Shown piece by piece: positions 22,201 through 24,000 of a stretch of 24,000 nucleotides of DNA. The position numbers and the translations under genes were made by a program. How positions within the stretch are numbered: the first letter of the stretch is position 1; each line of letters starts with the position of its first letter. Origin of the DNA: Desulfitobacterium hafniense DCB-2 (GTDB lineage: Bacteria; Bacillota; Desulfitobacteriia; Desulfitobacteriales; Desulfitobacteriaceae); assembly GCF_000021925.1 (NCBI RefSeq), contig NC_011830.1, positions 222,346-246,345 of the forward strand. Direction: 5' to 3'. A model generated the notes under the pieces. That model was given only the letters and a program-made list of their open reading frames with translations. It made no database searches and was not told where the DNA came from.

Positions 22201-23142
22201 ATGCGTCTTGAACAAATGGAATACCTCATCAGCCTGGCTGAGACCGGTTCCATCACCCAGACAGCGAAATATTTCTTTATGTCTCAGCAGGGAATCAGTT
22301 ATTCAATTCAGCAGCTGGAAAAGGAACTGGATGTGAAAATACTCCACAATCACAGGAACCGGGTTACCTTCACTGCGGCAGGAGAGTGCGTTCTGGTCAG
22401 GGCCAGAGATTTCGTGAAGCAATACCAGGAGTTGCAGGAAGAATTGCAGTCTTTTCAGAAAGACAAAACTCCTTCTTATAAAGCAAGATTATTTCTCTAT
22501 ATCGATCCCTTTATGGCCAACACGTTCCTGCCCAGGATATTGAAAAAACTGCACAAGCAATCCAAAATCAAACTGGCTACCAAAGAACAGAACCTGACCC
22601 TTCTTTTGCAAACCCTTTCCGATCCTTCGGAAGTGGATGGAATTGGGCTGGTGGGCTTGACAGAACATTATACTACGGAGCAGTTCAAGCAAAAATTTGA
22701 TTTTGAACCGATTCATAGTTGTCATCTGCAGGTCCTCGTCTCGGAAACTTCTCCCCTGGCCAAGCTTCCTGCCCTCAGTTTTGAGGAAATAGCCCAATAC
22801 CCCATCTGCCTTTTTGCCTCCGATTATAATAGTGAGGAAGTCGGTAAGGACTTATTCTTTGGTCGTACCGTCAAAAATCTGAGCGTCATTCTTCAGACAA
22901 CCAATGTTGACATGTATCGGGATATGGTAAATAAAAATATCGCCATCGGTTTAACCACGGATTATCTGGAGTCGTTTTTCCATAAGTCCAGTCTGACAGG
23001 AATTCCGCTCAAAGAGCCGATTCAATTCCATGTTGGTTTTATTCGCCGGAAAGGCAGGCCGTTTTCCGTCATGGATGAGGAATTTATGGCGATTGCCAAA
23101 GATGTACTGAACTCTCAGCTTGCTAAAAAAGTTAGCCAGTGA
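22201..23142 (+). CDS. LysR-family transcriptional regulator
   Basis: N-terminal wHTH MRLEQMEYLISLAETGSITQTAKYFFMSQQGISYSIQQLEKELDVKIL. 313 aa. Divergent from the flavoprotein operon. Confidence 0.9.
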   Translation: MRLEQMEYLISLAETGSITQTAKYFFMSQQGISYSIQQLEKELDVKILHNHRNRVTFTAAGECVLVRARDFVKQYQELQEELQSFQKDKTPSYKARLFLYIDPFMANTFLPRILKKLHKQSKIKLATKEQNLTLLLQTLSDPSEVDGIGLVGLTEHYTTEQFKQKFDFEPIHSCHLQVLVSETSPLAKLPALSFEEIAQYPICLFASDYNSEEVGKDLFFGRTVKNLSVILQTTNVDMYRDMVNKNIAIGLTTDYLESFFHKSSLTGIPLKEPIQFHVGFIRRKGRPFSVMDEEFMAIAKDVLNSQLAKKVSQ

Positions 23143-23273
23143 GGGCATCCCGGCTTTTAATATTCACGGAGAGCTGGCGTTTTGGATGGTTTTTGGATAC
23201 ACTAAAAAGGATGCATTGATTAGAAAGAGCCTAGATCTCACCTGATAAGGTACGATCCAACAGCGGAGGAGCA

Positions 23274-24000
23274 ATGAAAGAGCAGTATTATTCCATTGGT
23301 CAAGTAGCCAAACTCTCGAATATTTCGATCCCAACCTTGCGCTATTATGATCAGATTGATTTATACAAACCGGCTCATGTGGACACATTGACTAGTTACC
23401 GTTATTACAAGGAATCTCAATTGTATATATTGGATATGATTAAATCCCTTAAATACATCGGCACCCCACTGACAGACATAAAAACCGTTTTGAATTATAC
23501 TCCGGCTGAGCTCTTTTGCTTCCTTGAGCATCAGGAGGATGTTATCGAGGGCAAAATACAAGGGCTGCAGGAAATCCATAAGAATCTGCAGCAAACGAAG
23601 AAGCAGCTCCAACAGCAAATGAAGACGGCCTTGGCTACGGATGTTTTTGAGAAAACCGAAGATCTGCAGATATTCACATTGCCTGTCGAAAATTATGCTC
23701 CCCAATCTATTCCTAATGATTGTTACGGTGAACTGATTAAGTTGGTGGAAGCGGAAGGCAGTAGAATAAGCAGCCATTACGGCTGCATATACCCTCTTCT
23801 CGACTATAATTCGATGGATGAAGTTCGATGTACTCATATATTCACCCCATTAATGACCGATCGGTTGAACAGTCATCCTGCCTATAGGAGGAATATCCGC
23901 CTGATTTCGGAAAGCCGCTTTATAGGCATTGCTTTTCAGTATCATCCTGATCGGTATATAGAGCATTATCAGCGGCTATACCATTATATTCGCAGTAAGG
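23274..24000 (+). CDS. MerR-family transcriptional regulator with a C-terminal effector-binding domain (probably GyrI-like); the 3' end lies outside the window
   Basis: The ORF is not in the track because it has no stop in the window. I translated it by hand. It begins YSIGQVAKLSNISIPTLRYYDQIDLYKPAHVDTLTSYRYY (MerR HTH), followed by a coiled coil and an effector-domain-like region. GGAGG SD. The frame stays open to base 24000. Confidence 0.85.
   Translation, partial: MKEQYYSIGQVAKLSNISIPTLRYYDQIDLYKPAHVDTLTSYRYYKESQLYILDMIKSLKYIGTPLTDIKTVLNYTPAELFCFLEHQEDVIEGKIQGLQEIHKNLQQTKKQLQQQMKTALATDVFEKTEDLQIFTLPVENYAPQSIPNDCYGELIKLVEAEGSRISSHYGCIYPLLDYNSMDEVRCTHIFTPLMTDRLNSHPAYRRNIRLISESRFIGIAFQYHPDRYIEHYQRLYHYIRSK

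Noticed and set aside
23143-23273. Search for a MerR-type promoter (19-bp spacer with a central dyad) upstream of the MerR gene
   Set aside because: TTGATT at 23216-23221 has no -10-like hexamer at 19-20 bp; the nearest, TAAGGT, is 24 bp away. Only a short AGATCT palindrome is present. This is not convincing enough to call.
23361-23837. 158-aa minus-strand ORF (and 23164-23388)
   Set aside because: It is antisense to a plus-strand frame that encodes an unmistakable MerR HTH and stays open to the window end. The minus-strand products are low-complexity with no SD.
1-24000. Scan for tRNA, rRNA, CRISPR repeats, transposase or integrase genes, phage or defence-system genes and long direct repeats
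   Set aside because: I found nothing recognisable by eye. Every ORF of 100 aa or more that is not a shadow ORF is accounted for by the features listed. A computational repeat search would still be needed to exclude diverged long-range repeats.

Overview
This 24-kb window comes from a Gram-positive anaerobe. Gene content and synteny look like Desulfitobacterium or Desulfosporosinus (Clostridia), but that is inference only. I found no rRNA, tRNA, CRISPR array, transposase or integrase. The window has three blocks.

Block 1 (1-12811) starts with the 3' end of a sigma-54 activator gene and a convergent lipoprotein gene. A consensus sigma-54 (-24/-12) promoter follows. It precedes an unbroken 16-gene plus-strand array with tiny or overlapping gaps and no intrinsic terminator. 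The array encodes a MacB/FtsX-type ABC transporter plus a DUF4418-like Cys/Met/His membrane protein, two monohaem cytochromes c, and a small membrane protein. It then encodes a Rieske / cytochrome b6-type / subunit IV quinol-oxidising module, a clade II (Sec-type) nitrous-oxide reductase nosZ, and nosB-nosD-nosL-nosY-nosF.

Block 2 (12819-19376) is core housekeeping. It holds a sigma-A promoter, an L20-leader attenuator, infC (apparent AUU start), rpmI and rplT. These are followed by a TrmH-family RNA methyltransferase, a small YqzL-like ORF missing from the ORF track, a T-box leader, pheS, pheT and zapA.

Block 3 (19377-24000) is an accessory redox and regulator block. A NifX/NifB-C-like gene with a His/Cys tail sits behind a promoter bracketed by a perfect 15-bp inverted repeat. 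On the minus strand is an operon for a Tat-lipoprotein FAD reductase (fumarate-reductase-like) and a stalked mini cytochrome c. It is divergent from a LysR regulator gene, and a MerR-family regulator gene runs off the window end.

The most interesting hypotheses are these:
- The ABC/FtsX/DUF4418 triad may be an undescribed accessory module of the N2O-reductase operon.
- The whole nos array may be RpoN-dependent.
- The flavoprotein and mini-cytochrome pair may be an orphan extracytoplasmic reductase.
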